A model generated the notes under the pieces. The model was not told the origin of the DNA and made no database searches. It was given only the letters and a program-made list of their open reading frames with translations. Position numbers and translations under genes: made by a program. 64,000 nt of DNA from Desulfovibrionaceae bacterium. GTDB taxonomy: Bacteria > Desulfobacterota > Desulfovibrionia > Desulfovibrionales > Desulfovibrionaceae. Each line of letters begins with the position of its first letter. Within the stretch, counting starts at the first letter, position 1. Location of the stretch: the NCBI GenBank assembly GCA_031551515.1, contig JAVBNL010000023.1:23048-87047 (forward strand), written 5' to 3'. This document shows, piece by piece, positions 37,551 through 46,679 of this stretch.

Positions 37551-39458
37551 ATGAACGCCCCGGTCCGCATCGCGCTTATCGCTACCTACCCCGACATCGC
37601 CCAGCTGTTTCGCGACCTGGCGCAGGACAGGCCGGATATCGTGGCGCGGGATGTTTACGCCTCTTTTGACGACGCCATTAAGACCGCAAAAAAGCTGGAA
37701 CGCGAAACAGACGTCATTCTCAGCCGGGGGGGCACGGGCGAGTTCATACGCCGTAGCGTGGGCATACCCGTGGTGCAGTTGGCCATCACCCCGTTCGACG
37801 TGGTGCTGGCCATGCAAAAGCTGCCGCCGGGGGTTACGGAATTCGCTCTTTCCCACTACAACTCGCCCATTTACGGGCTGGAAGAAATACAGAAAATCTA
37901 CGGCGTCACCATTCACGAATATACGTTTGAAACACTGCGCGACATAGAAGAGAGCGTTGTCGACATTCAGCGGCGCGGCATCAGAAACGTGCTGGGCGGC
38001 CACGTCATAACCAACTTGCTGCGCGACCACGGCATATTCGGGGTGACCCTCAGCGCGGGGCTTGATACCGTAAACCGGGCGCTGAACGAAGCCATGTCCA
38101 TCGTTTTTGAAGCGCGCAAAGAACGCAACAGAACGGCCAGGCTGGCCGCCGCCTTCAACTCCATCACCACCGGGCTGGTGCTGACGGACGACAAAAACAA
38201 GGTACTTGCCTGCAACCCCGTGGCAAGCAAGCTTTTTGGCCGGCAACACCCCGTGGGCAGCAGCTTCACGGACGACGCGGCCGACCCCATGCTGCGCGAG
38301 GCGCTGCGAACCCGCACGGCCCGCACCAACTATATCTGCAACATCCGCGACACCCTCATCAACGCCGGGCACATGCCCGTGTATCTGGATAACAATTTCA
38401 TCGGCTTCGTGCACACCTTTGAAGACGTCACGAAAATCCAGACGCTTGAGCAGGCCATACGCAAACAGATGCACGACAAGGGTTTTGTGGCGCGGTACCG
38501 CTTTTCCGACATTTTCACCACGGACCCCACCCTGGAAATGCTCAAACGCACGGCCCAATCATACGCGCGCAGCAAATCGACCGTGCTGATAGAGGGCGAA
38601 TCGGGCACGGGCAAGGAACTTTTCGCCCAAAGCCTGCACAACGCCAGCCCCAGGGCGGATATGCCCTTTGTGGCGGTCAACTGCGCGGCCATACCGGCCA
38701 ATCTGCTGGAAAGCGAACTCTTCGGATACGAAGCCGGGGCCTTTACCGGCGCGAAAAAAGAAGGCAAACCCGGCCTTTTTGAAATAGCCCACAACGGCAC
38801 CATTTTTCTGGACGAAATCGGGGATTTGCCCAGGGAGTTTCAAGCGCGGCTGCTGCGCGTGCTGCAAGAAAAAGAGTTCATGCGCGTGGGCGGCGGCAAG
38901 GTCATGCCCGTGGATGTCAGGGTCATCAGCGCCACCAACAAGAACCTGCGCGAACTGGCCGCCAAAGGGGAATTCAGAGAGGACCTCTTTTACCGGCTGG
39001 GCGTATTCACCCTGACCCTGCCGCCTTTGCGGGAACGGGCTTGCGACATAGACCCCCTGTGCCGCAAATTTTTGGCCGACCAGGGACTGACGCAGGATAC
39101 GGGGATCGTGCGCCGGTTGCTGCCCCGGCTGCTGGCGCATAGCTGGCCCGGCAACATACGCGAACTGCGGAATATTTCCGAACGCATGGCCCACCTCGTC
39201 AATACCGGCGGCGACTATTCGCCGGAAGAGCTCGACCTGACTCTGGGCCTCGGCTCGCCCAAACACAACGGTGATTTTTACGCGCGCATCGACCTGGAAC
39301 AGCAGCGCGGCCTGAAGAGCATTGTGGATACAGTTGAAAAGCAGGTCATCGGCCACTTGCTGCGGCTGCACGACAACAAATACGCGGATGTGGCCAAACG
39401 CCTGGGCATAGGCCGCACCACGCTCTGGCGCAAACACAACCACGCGGACGCGCCCTGA
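37551..39458 (+). CDS. Sigma-54-dependent transcriptional activator with PrpR-type N-terminal sensor domain, PAS, AAA+ and Fis-type HTH
   Basis: RBS AAGGAG. PrpR_N-like block VILSRGGTGEFIRRSVGIPVVQLAITPFDVV. AAA+ motif GESGTGKE and sigma-54 contact motif GAFTGA. C-terminal HTH VAKRLGIGRTTLWRK. Confidence 0.9.
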   Translation: MNAPVRIALIATYPDIAQLFRDLAQDRPDIVARDVYASFDDAIKTAKKLERETDVILSRGGTGEFIRRSVGIPVVQLAITPFDVVLAMQKLPPGVTEFALSHYNSPIYGLEEIQKIYGVTIHEYTFETLRDIEESVVDIQRRGIRNVLGGHVITNLLRDHGIFGVTLSAGLDTVNRALNEAMSIVFEARKERNRTARLAAAFNSITTGLVLTDDKNKVLACNPVASKLFGRQHPVGSSFTDDAADPMLREALRTRTARTNYICNIRDTLINAGHMPVYLDNNFIGFVHTFEDVTKIQTLEQAIRKQMHDKGFVARYRFSDIFTTDPTLEMLKRTAQSYARSKSTVLIEGESGTGKELFAQSLHNASPRADMPFVAVNCAAIPANLLESELFGYEAGAFTGAKKEGKPGLFEIAHNGTIFLDEIGDLPREFQARLLRVLQEKEFMRVGGGKVMPVDVRVISATNKNLRELAAKGEFREDLFYRLGVFTLTLPPLRERACDIDPLCRKFLADQGLTQDTGIVRRLLPRLLAHSWPGNIRELRNISERMAHLVNTGGDYSPEELDLTLGLGSPKHNGDFYARIDLEQQRGLKSIVDTVEKQVIGHLLRLHDNKYADVAKRLGIGRTTLWRKHNHADAP

Positions 39459-39468
39459 GGCCTTTGTC

Positions 39469-40731
39469 ATGATTCTTTTCATCCTCGCCACGCTGTTGTT
39501 TCTGTACCTGCTGTTCCGGCTGGTCCTGCCCTCCTCCCGGGGGCGCAGAGGCAAAGCGGCGATGGCCGTTCTGCTCTTTATCGTCGCGCATGAGCATCTG
39601 CTGAAACGCCTTTTTTTCGGCAGCCTGCCCTCGCCGGAGTTGCCCGCTCTTGTGCTCATGCTGCAAGGCTGGCTGTTCACCAGCCTGATTCTGCTCTTTC
39701 TGCTGGTGCTGCTCAGGGATATATGTCGCCTGGCTGGCCGGCTCTGCGAATGGTTTAGCGTTCGGCTTCAGACCCGGCTGCGCGCCCGGTTCCCCGAACG
39801 GAGCGCGCGCACCCCGCAACCGGCTCTGCCCGGCGCCGAACCGGAAGAGCCCCCCGCTTTCGGCCGCAGGCGCTTTCTGACCGCCAGCCTGGGCGCCATA
39901 CCCGCGGCATACGGCGCCCAACGGGCTCTTCTCTCCGGCCTGGTCATGCTGCCCACAGCCTACGGTGTGCGCGAAGCCGTACAGATTCCTGAAATCCACG
40001 AAACGGAAGTGTTCCTGCCCAAACTGCCTAAAGAGCTGGACGGCCTGACCCTGGCGCAGATCAGCGACATGCACGTCAGCCCGCTGCTGCGCGAAGATTG
40101 GGTCAAAGGTCTGGTGGAACGGGTCAACAGCCTTGATCCCGACCTGATCGTGTTCACCGGCGACATGGTGGACGGCCTGCCCGCCAGGCGGGCGGAGAGC
40201 ATGGCCCCGCTGCGAAACCTGCGCGCCCGACACGGCATCTTCGCCTGCGCGGGCAACCACGAATATTACAGCGATTACAAAAGCTGGATGGAGCGTTTTC
40301 CGGATCTCGGCATCACCATGCTGCTGAACAGCCACGCAAGCCTTGCCATTAACGGCCGAGAGCTGATCCTGGCCGGGCTGACGGATATGGCGGCGGCCCG
40401 CTTCGGCCTGCCGGAACCCGACCTTGCCGCCGCGCTGCGCGGCGCGCCCGAACAGGCTCCGCGCATTTTACTGGACCACAGGCCCGGCAACGCCCCGGTC
40501 AACGCCCTCTCCGGCGTGGATTTACAGCTTTCAGGACACACGCACGGCGGACACGCCTACGGCATGACCCGCTTGGTGGCCGCCTTCAACCGGGGTTACG
40601 TACACGGCTGGTACAGAGCCGAGGGCATGCCGCTGTATGTCAGCGCGGGCGCGGGGCTGTGGAACGGCTTTCCCATCCGTGTGGGAGTTCCGCCGGAAAT
40701 AGCGCGCATCACCCTGCGGGCCGGGGCCTGA
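39469..40731 (+). CDS. Membrane-anchored metallophosphoesterase (YkuE/calcineurin-like)
   Basis: N-terminal TM segments plus motifs DMHVSP, GDMVDG, GNHEYY and SGHTHGG. Confidence 0.85.
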   Translation: MILFILATLLFLYLLFRLVLPSSRGRRGKAAMAVLLFIVAHEHLLKRLFFGSLPSPELPALVLMLQGWLFTSLILLFLLVLLRDICRLAGRLCEWFSVRLQTRLRARFPERSARTPQPALPGAEPEEPPAFGRRRFLTASLGAIPAAYGAQRALLSGLVMLPTAYGVREAVQIPEIHETEVFLPKLPKELDGLTLAQISDMHVSPLLREDWVKGLVERVNSLDPDLIVFTGDMVDGLPARRAESMAPLRNLRARHGIFACAGNHEYYSDYKSWMERFPDLGITMLLNSHASLAINGRELILAGLTDMAAARFGLPEPDLAAALRGAPEQAPRILLDHRPGNAPVNALSGVDLQLSGHTHGGHAYGMTRLVAAFNRGYVHGWYRAEGMPLYVSAGAGLWNGFPIRVGVPPEIARITLRAGA

Positions 40732-40801
40732 ACAAAACCGCAATCCATGCCTTTGCATCAATCCGAGCCAATAAAAAAACCCTGCAAAAATAAGAATGCA
40801 T

Positions 40802-40826
40802 CTGGATTCCCGCTTGCGCGGGAATG
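40802..40826. repeat. Palindromic intergenic repeat unit (ctggattcccgc-ttgc-gcgggaat)
   Basis: 8-bp stem, 4-nt loop. An inverted, near-identical copy lies at 40877-40901. Confidence 0.7.
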
Positions 40827-40876
40827 GCGGATGCTAATCTGAAGCTTGCGGTACAGGGCTTTGCGCTCTCGAACGT

Positions 40877-40901
40877 CATCCCCGCGCAGGCGGGGATCCA
40901 G
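40877..40901. repeat. Palindromic intergenic repeat unit, inverted copy (atccccgc-gcag-gcggggatccag)
   Basis: Its reverse complement, ctggatccccgc-ctgc-gcggggat, matches the first unit at about 22/25 positions. Translation gives the junk peptide IPAQAGIQ. Confidence 0.7.
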
Positions 40902-40931
40902 TGCTTTGGATTTTGTCAACTGTCTCAATGT

Positions 40932-40962
40932 AAAAGCCGGGCTTTCACCCGGCTTTTCTTTT
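40932..40962. terminator. Bidirectional rho-independent terminator
   Basis: aagccggg / ctttca / cccggctt, flanked by an A-run upstream and a T-run downstream. It sits between convergent genes. Confidence 0.7.
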
Positions 40963-40982
40963 CAAACTCTTTCCCTGCTCAA

Positions 40983-41597
40983 TTACTTAATGAAGCCGAC
41001 CTGCTTGCTGATCTCGGCAATGGCCTTCTCTTTTTTCTTGTTGTAGACGACCTTGTTTTCTTCAAACAAATTGCGGCCCTTGGTGTCGATGGAAACGATC
41101 AGCGGGCCGAACTCTTTCACCCGGCAGACCCACAGGGTTTCGGGCATGCCCAGGTCGCGCCACTGGGCGTCTTCGATCTCTTCAACCTGGGTCGCGGCCA
41201 CAACGCCGCAGCCCGCGGGAAAAACCAGGTGCAGGGCTTTGTTCCTCACGCAGCCTTCCACCGTGCCCGCGCCCATGCCGCCTTTGCCGACCACCAGTTT
41301 GACGCCGGTCTGGGCGATGAATTCCTTTTCAAACTTTTCCATGCGCATGCTGGTGGTGGGGCCGATGGAGACCATCTCGAACTTGTCGCCCCCGATGGGC
41401 CGCACGATGGGGCCGGCGTGGAAAATGGCCAGGCCCTTCAGGTCCACGGGCAGGGGGCGTTTTTCTTCGATCAGGCGCCGGTGCGCCACGTCGCGGCACG
41501 TTATCAGGTACCCGTTCAGATAGACGATGTCGCCCACGTTGATATCGGCAATATCCGCGTCCTTGACGGGCGTGGTCAGAATCTTCTTCGCGCTCAT
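40983..41597 (-). CDS. Fe-S hydro-lyase beta subunit (class I fumarate hydratase / L(+)-tartrate dehydratase family)
   Basis: [21 protein letters not shown]...GAGPIV...VVGKGGMG, with a 4-nt overlap with the alpha subunit gene. Confidence 0.85.
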   Translation of the reverse strand: MSAKKILTTPVKDADIADINVGDIVYLNGYLITCRDVAHRRLIEEKRPLPVDLKGLAIFHAGPIVRPIGGDKFEMVSIGPTTSMRMEKFEKEFIAQTGVKLVVGKGGMGAGTVEGCVRNKALHLVFPAGCGVVAATQVEEIEDAQWRDLGMPETLWVCRVKEFGPLIVSIDTKGRNLFEENKVVYNKKKEKAIAEISKQVGFIK

Positions 41598-42499
41598 ATG
41601 ACGGCCCCCTTGTGGGATTTGATGACGTGCTTCAGGTCTTTGTCAAACACGATGTGGCCCCGGCGGTGGGACCAGCAGCCGACGTTCACGGCCACCCCGA
41701 TGGTGGAGGGGTGCCGGGCGGTGTTTTCAATATGCACGCCCATGACCGAATTCACGCCGGACATGCCCTGGGGACCCAGGCCGATGCTGTTGATGCCGTC
41801 TTCAAGCAGTTTTTCCATGCCCGCCGCGCGCGCGTTGGCGTTATGCGTGCCGATGGGCCGCATCAGCGCTTTTTTGGACAGCAGCGCCGCCGTTTCCACG
41901 GATGTGGCCACGCCCACGCCCACCAGCAGCGGAGGACAGGCGTTGAGGCCGTAGGTAGTCATGATGTCCAGCACAAACTCGGTCACGCCTTCGTACCCGG
42001 CGCCGGGCATCAGCACCATGGCCTTGCCGGGCAGGGTACAGCCGCCGCCAGCCATGTAGGTGTAAATTTCAACGTCATCGCGGCCGGGCACGATTTCCCA
42101 GAACAACGTGGGCGTGCCCGTGCCGATGTTTTTGCCGGTGTTGAATTCGTCAAAAGTTTCCACGCTGTTGTGGCGCAGGGGGGCTTTGACCGTGGCGTCA
42201 AGCACGGCTTCGGTCAGGATAGCTTCCAGGTTGGCCAGCAGGGGGAAATTCGAGCCGCACTTGACCCAGAATTGCAGCACCCCGGTATCCTGGCAACAGG
42301 GGCGGTTCAGCTCCATGGCCAGTCGCTGGTTCTCGGCCATGGTGTCGTAAATGGTTTTGGCCAGCGCACTGGTCTCTTCGGCCCGCAGGTCGGCCAGCTT
42401 TTTTTCAACGTCGTCAGGCAGTTTCTTGCCGACCAGGGCGACGAACTTGCTCATCACGCCGGTCATCTCGCGGACATGCTGTTCACTTGCCATCTGCAA
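41594..42499 (-). CDS. Fe-S hydro-lyase alpha subunit (class I fumarate hydratase / L(+)-tartrate dehydratase family)
   Basis: [16 protein letters not shown] and [11 protein letters not shown] are motifs typical of the alpha-type catalytic domain. Confidence 0.85.
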   Translation of the reverse strand: MQMASEQHVREMTGVMSKFVALVGKKLPDDVEKKLADLRAEETSALAKTIYDTMAENQRLAMELNRPCCQDTGVLQFWVKCGSNFPLLANLEAILTEAVLDATVKAPLRHNSVETFDEFNTGKNIGTGTPTLFWEIVPGRDDVEIYTYMAGGGCTLPGKAMVLMPGAGYEGVTEFVLDIMTTYGLNACPPLLVGVGVATSVETAALLSKKALMRPIGTHNANARAAGMEKLLEDGINSIGLGPQGMSGVNSVMGVHIENTARHPSTIGVAVNVGCWSHRRGHIVFDKDLKHVIKSHKGAVI

Positions 42500-42695
42500 C
42501 CCTCCAATAGATTCGGCTGTTGTCTGAAAAAATAGACGGGACGCTGCGGACGAAGGCCGCTGTTATCCGTTCTATAGGATCAAGCTCGCCATTCGTAAAA
42601 TGAATTGATGTGATGGATGGAATAACTACCGGCTATGCCAATGCATAATCCGAGCAGGTAAACTATTTCAAGAGAAACTCTAGGGTACTGTTTTT

Positions 42696-43592
42696 CTAAG
42701 CTTGAGGAAGCAATTCTGCCATAAAGGTTCTTGCCGCGCGGGAAAGCTGAATGCCCTTGGCCGTGACCACGCAGACCGTGCGCGGGGGAACGGGTTCGGG
42801 CGTTTTCACCACAAAGGCCCTGCCCGCCGCTATGCTTTCTTCGGCAAAGGCGCTGATGACCAGGCCCACCCCCATGCCGCGCTCCACACAGGGAATGATC
42901 AGCACCGTGGTTGACAGCTCGATCATGGGGCTGAATTCAAGCCCCCGCTCGTGGAAAAAAGCCCCCTGAAAGCGCCGCGTGGCCGTGCCCTGCCCCAGCG
43001 CGATAAGGGGCAGGCCGAGCAGTTCGTCCCAGGGCACCACCCTGCCCTGCAAATGCGCATATTGCGGCCCGGCGATAAAGGCGTCGCGAACCTCGCCTAT
43101 CTCGTGCGCGGTGCAGGCGCCGTCCATTTCCGGGGGCAGCGGCTTCATGACCACGGCCAGGTCAAGGCGTTCTTTGCGGATGTCTTCCAGCAAATGAAAG
43201 GCCTGCGCCGCCCGGGTAGTAATTTTTATCTGCGGGTGCCGCTCGCGGAACGAAGCCAGGCCGGGCAGCAAAAACCGCTGCAGGATCAGGTCGGAAGAGC
43301 CGATGCGCACTTCCCCGCGTTCCAGGTCCAGCAGGCTTTGCAGCTTGTTCTCGCCGGCGGCCAGCGTTTCGCAGGCGCGTTCGGCATAGGGGAAAAGCTC
43401 CTTGCCTTCCGGCGTCAGGGTCATGCCTTTGGGCAGACGGATAAAGAGAGCGCAGCCGAGCAGTTCTTCCATCTGCCGGATGCGCTTGGTCAGGGCGGGC
43501 TGCGAGATGAACAGCGCCTGCGCCGCGTGGGTCAGGTTGCCCGCGCGCGCCACATGGTAAAAGGCCTTGTAATATTCCAGGTCGATTTTCAT
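42696..43592 (-). CDS. LysR-family transcriptional regulator
   Basis: YYKAFYHVARAGNLTHAAQALFISQPALTKRIRQMEELLG plus a substrate-binding domain. Confidence 0.85.
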   Translation of the reverse strand: MKIDLEYYKAFYHVARAGNLTHAAQALFISQPALTKRIRQMEELLGCALFIRLPKGMTLTPEGKELFPYAERACETLAAGENKLQSLLDLERGEVRIGSSDLILQRFLLPGLASFRERHPQIKITTRAAQAFHLLEDIRKERLDLAVVMKPLPPEMDGACTAHEIGEVRDAFIAGPQYAHLQGRVVPWDELLGLPLIALGQGTATRRFQGAFFHERGLEFSPMIELSTTVLIIPCVERGMGVGLVISAFAEESIAAGRAFVVKTPEPVPPRTVCVVTAKGIQLSRAARTFMAELLPQA

Positions 43593-43685
43593 GGGTGCCG
43601 CCCGCAAGAGTCCGTTCCGGCGAAAATGGATGCGCCGCCTTTCGGTCTATGCCAGGAGGGATAATTTCGCAACAGGCAGGCCCGG

Positions 43686-45494
43686 TCAAGGCCGGACAGC
43701 CTGGTCCAGCCAGGAAAGCCGGGCCAGCGCGGAAACGAAATCCGCATCAAAACCCTTGCCTATAAAGACGAGAAAGCGATCCGGGCCGGGCGGCGAAAGG
43801 GGATATTCCAGCAAGAACGCGCCCGCGGCGTATTGAACGATCATCGGGCCGCTTTCTTCCAGGCTGTCCACAATGCCTTTGACGCGGGGGGCCCTGCCCT
43901 GCGCAAGCCGGATAACGGCGTTCAGCTCTTCCACGCTCACAGGGCGCGTGACAGTAAAAGCCAGGGATGCGTAGCCCTCATCCTGGTGTGTCACGCGACG
44001 CGCCGGCCGTGGCCGCAATGCCGCGGCCGCCTGCGAGCCGGGGCCGCCCCGCCGCTCGTGCAGGCCATCCAGAGCGCCAAAGGAAATACGCCCGTGCGTT
44101 GCCGCGAAAACGACGGCTGCCGGGTTCATGCGTTTCAGAACGCCCATGATCCGGGCTGAGCTGTCGCCTGTAACCGTGTCGATCTTGTTGCATACCAGCA
44201 CGTCCGCCCGCCGGATCTGTTCCCCTGCAAGCCCGGCCGGACCTGCCGGGTGTTCCGCCAAAACCCTGTCCATGTCGAGGCAGTCCACCAACGAGATGCA
44301 CAGCCCCGGCCGGACCATGTCGGCCAGATCTGCCAGCGCGTCCGCAACCGCGCCGGGGTTCGCAAGCCCGGTGGTCTCAAGAATGATCTGCTCGGTCGGC
44401 AGCAGATCCATAAGCCGCCGGATGGCTGGGCGCAGGCTGTCCGCCAGCGTGCAGCAAACACACCCCTCATCCAGGGCTTCGCTGAGCGTTTCATGCTGCA
44501 ACAGAAAGGAGTCAAGACTTTTCGCCCCAAGCTCGTTTTGCAGCACCGCGGTATGCCGGTCATGGTTGTGCAGCCAGGCCAGCCATTCGGATACAAACGT
44601 CGTTTTGCCGGACCCCAGAAACCCGGAAACCACGTGCAGCACAGGGCGGGAATCATCCCATTCCGGCTCTTTGACCGCGAACGCGCGGCCGGAAAACGGC
44701 CGGAACGCGGAGCCGCTTTCATGCGGCGGCGAAAGATCCGGCAGGGGCGAGCCGAAAGCGGCGGAAAAAGCGGTTCCGGCAAGCGCCTCTCCTTCCATGA
44801 TCCCCCAATCGCCGTCGGCCGTGAAGGCCGTAACCGGAAATTCTCTGCGCGCCACAGCCCAATGCGGTTTGGTTTCCAGCAGCGACGCCGCCGAAAGCCC
44901 CAAAAGGCGGAAACACGGCAAAGCCAGGCGCAAGGCGGGCACATCGCAAGCCCAGCCGCCTTTCGCGACGCCGAACCCCACGCCGGGGGCCGCGCCCTCC
45001 GCAGGCAGGCCGTCCACCGCGACGACACGCTGCCGCGCCGGGGCTTCCAGGTCAAACGAAAGCCCCGTCAAGTCAAGGCGCGTGTTCAGGCCCAAAAATC
45101 CCAGAAAAAACAGGTTGCTGCTTTCCCGGCGGGTGAATTCCCGGATACCGGCAAAGTAATCCGGCGCGGCCGCGCGTTGCCGCGCATCCGGAAGATAGCG
45201 CGCGAGAACCGCCTCTTCCGGGTCCGGAAAATAGAACAGGCTGAAACGAGAACGCAGGCAGGCCGCGTCCCGCTCTTCCCCAAGAAAGGCAAGGCCGTAC
45301 ACGCCGTCGCGTCCGTTCGCGCGCATGGTCCAGGCGTACCCGGTGCCCATGCACGGGCGCAGACCGCGCCAGCCGATCCGGCGCGCGTTTCGCCTGTCCA
45401 GATGAATCCCGGCGGTCAGAACGGTCAGCGTGTCCGCGCCGACCGAATCATGGCCGGCGCGGATGCCGAAAGGAAAAAGCGCCTGGACGTTCAT
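43686..45494 (-). CDS. COG0523/CobW-family G3E GTPase (metallochaperone-like) with unknown ~290-aa N-terminal domain
   Basis: P-loop GFLGSGKTT, metal motif GCVCCT, ETTGLANP and NKID. CobW_C-like tail. The N-terminal 290 aa carry no motif I recognise. Confidence 0.75.
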   Translation of the reverse strand: MNVQALFPFGIRAGHDSVGADTLTVLTAGIHLDRRNARRIGWRGLRPCMGTGYAWTMRANGRDGVYGLAFLGEERDAACLRSRFSLFYFPDPEEAVLARYLPDARQRAAAPDYFAGIREFTRRESSNLFFLGFLGLNTRLDLTGLSFDLEAPARQRVVAVDGLPAEGAAPGVGFGVAKGGWACDVPALRLALPCFRLLGLSAASLLETKPHWAVARREFPVTAFTADGDWGIMEGEALAGTAFSAAFGSPLPDLSPPHESGSAFRPFSGRAFAVKEPEWDDSRPVLHVVSGFLGSGKTTFVSEWLAWLHNHDRHTAVLQNELGAKSLDSFLLQHETLSEALDEGCVCCTLADSLRPAIRRLMDLLPTEQIILETTGLANPGAVADALADLADMVRPGLCISLVDCLDMDRVLAEHPAGPAGLAGEQIRRADVLVCNKIDTVTGDSSARIMGVLKRMNPAAVVFAATHGRISFGALDGLHERRGGPGSQAAAALRPRPARRVTHQDEGYASLAFTVTRPVSVEELNAVIRLAQGRAPRVKGIVDSLEESGPMIVQYAAGAFLLEYPLSPPGPDRFLVFIGKGFDADFVSALARLSWLDQAVRP

Positions 45495-45512
45495 TTACCG
45501 CCAAGGCTGGGG

Positions 45513-46667
45513 CTAGGCCCCAAAGGTTATGATGTCGCCGTTGCCGAGGTACACGTCGGATTTCGAGCGGAAGCGGGCCGTTCCGTGCACCACGGGATAC
45601 TTGGCGTCCACGAACTTGCGGGCGGTAATAAGGCCGGTGCAGTGGTTGCAGCCGATTTTCTGAATATCCCATTTTTTCAGGCCGATGACCAGATCGTCGT
45701 ATTTGGGATCCCAGTCGTCAAAAGGAGAAATATGCAAGCCGCCATACAGGCCGTAGAACTTGTCCCGCTCGTACTTGAGTTCGCGATAGGCCGTGTCCGC
45801 GAACAGGATGATGCCCTGATGGCAACAGCCGGTCACGCTGAGCAGGCCCAGGTCCTTGATGTTGAAGTACAGGGACATTTCACCGTAGACTTTGAGGATG
45901 ATGGGTATTTCGAACAGATAGAGAGCCATGCCCGGCTGTACGGGGTGCAGTCCCTTGGCCACTTCCGTGACCTTGCCCCGGTGCCCGGCGTCTTTCAGGT
46001 ACTGCCGGCCGGAAGGGAAGAAGGTGTGCGGGTGATACACGTGTATGTCCGGCCTGTATTTCATGGGCACGGGCACGCCCCAGTAGTGGTCCATATGTTC
46101 GTGCGAAATCAGCAGAGCCTTGATTTCGTTGTCGGCCAGCATCTTGTCTATGCCTTCGCGTTTGAAGGACTGATCCATCCACTCATAGGACCAGCCGGTG
46201 TCCAGCAAATATTTGCTGACCTCGCCCTCCAGGGATTCCACCTCGATAAGGCAGGAAAAGCCGCCCAGGTTATCGGGGCTGACAGACAGAGTTTTTGAAA
46301 CCTCCCAGGCTTTTTCCAGATTATTCGGCAAGTATTCCTTGATCTTGGCGATGCCTTCCTGATAGCTGCCCTTACCGACCCCCTTGCCGTTGCCCAGAGG
46401 GCCCCAGTTCAGCGTGTACTGGTCGACGAGCAGGCCGCCGGCTTTGCGCACGTCCTGCATGAATATATCGTTGTAAAACCAGCTGGTTTCAGAAATGTTG
46501 GTTATTTTGACGGATTTGCAAACTCCGAAATCCGTCATCTTTCGTTGCACCTTGGGCAGAAATGTTTCCCGCATGGGTGAATATGAGAAGAGGCCCATGG
46601 CGCCCAGCGCTCCCACGCCGAGGCCCAGCGTCGCTCCTTTAATAAAGTTTCGTCTGCTTATGGACAT
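45513..46667 (-). CDS. Tat-exported MBL-fold metallo-hydrolase (COG1237-like)
   Basis: Twin-arginine signal MSISRRNFIKGATLGLGVGALG; HxHxDH motif ISHEHMDHYWG; C-terminal NHCTG. Confidence 0.85.
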   Translation of the reverse strand: MSISRRNFIKGATLGLGVGALGAMGLFSYSPMRETFLPKVQRKMTDFGVCKSVKITNISETSWFYNDIFMQDVRKAGGLLVDQYTLNWGPLGNGKGVGKGSYQEGIAKIKEYLPNNLEKAWEVSKTLSVSPDNLGGFSCLIEVESLEGEVSKYLLDTGWSYEWMDQSFKREGIDKMLADNEIKALLISHEHMDHYWGVPVPMKYRPDIHVYHPHTFFPSGRQYLKDAGHRGKVTEVAKGLHPVQPGMALYLFEIPIILKVYGEMSLYFNIKDLGLLSVTGCCHQGIILFADTAYRELKYERDKFYGLYGGLHISPFDDWDPKYDDLVIGLKKWDIQKIGCNHCTGLITARKFVDAKYPVVHGTARFRSKSDVYLGNGDIITFGA

Positions 46668-46679
46668 GGGGCGCCTCCG

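Noticed and set aside
37479-39680. Minus-strand ORFs 37479-38558 and 38559-39680 opposite the sigma-54 activator
   Set aside because: They are motif-free translations rich in Gly, Arg, Ala and Val. The plus strand carries unmistakable AAA+/GAFTGA/HTH motifs.
40802-40901. Possible CRISPR remnant: the hairpin core resembles the palindromic part of type I-E repeats
   Set aside because: There are only two copies and they are in inverted orientation. The spacing is unlike a repeat-spacer array, and there is no leader and no cas gene in the window.
40824-41954. 376-aa plus-strand ORF beginning in the intergenic repeats (…NVIPAQAGIQ…)
   Set aside because: The N-terminus is a translation of the palindromic repeat, a known source of junk annotations. 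The rest is antisense to the fumarase/tartrate dehydratase subunit genes.
44250-46298. 682-aa plus-strand ORF spanning the CobW-like and MBL genes
   Set aside because: It is antisense to two well-supported genes and crosses their intergenic gap. The translation is Arg/Gly/Ala/Pro-rich and motif-free.
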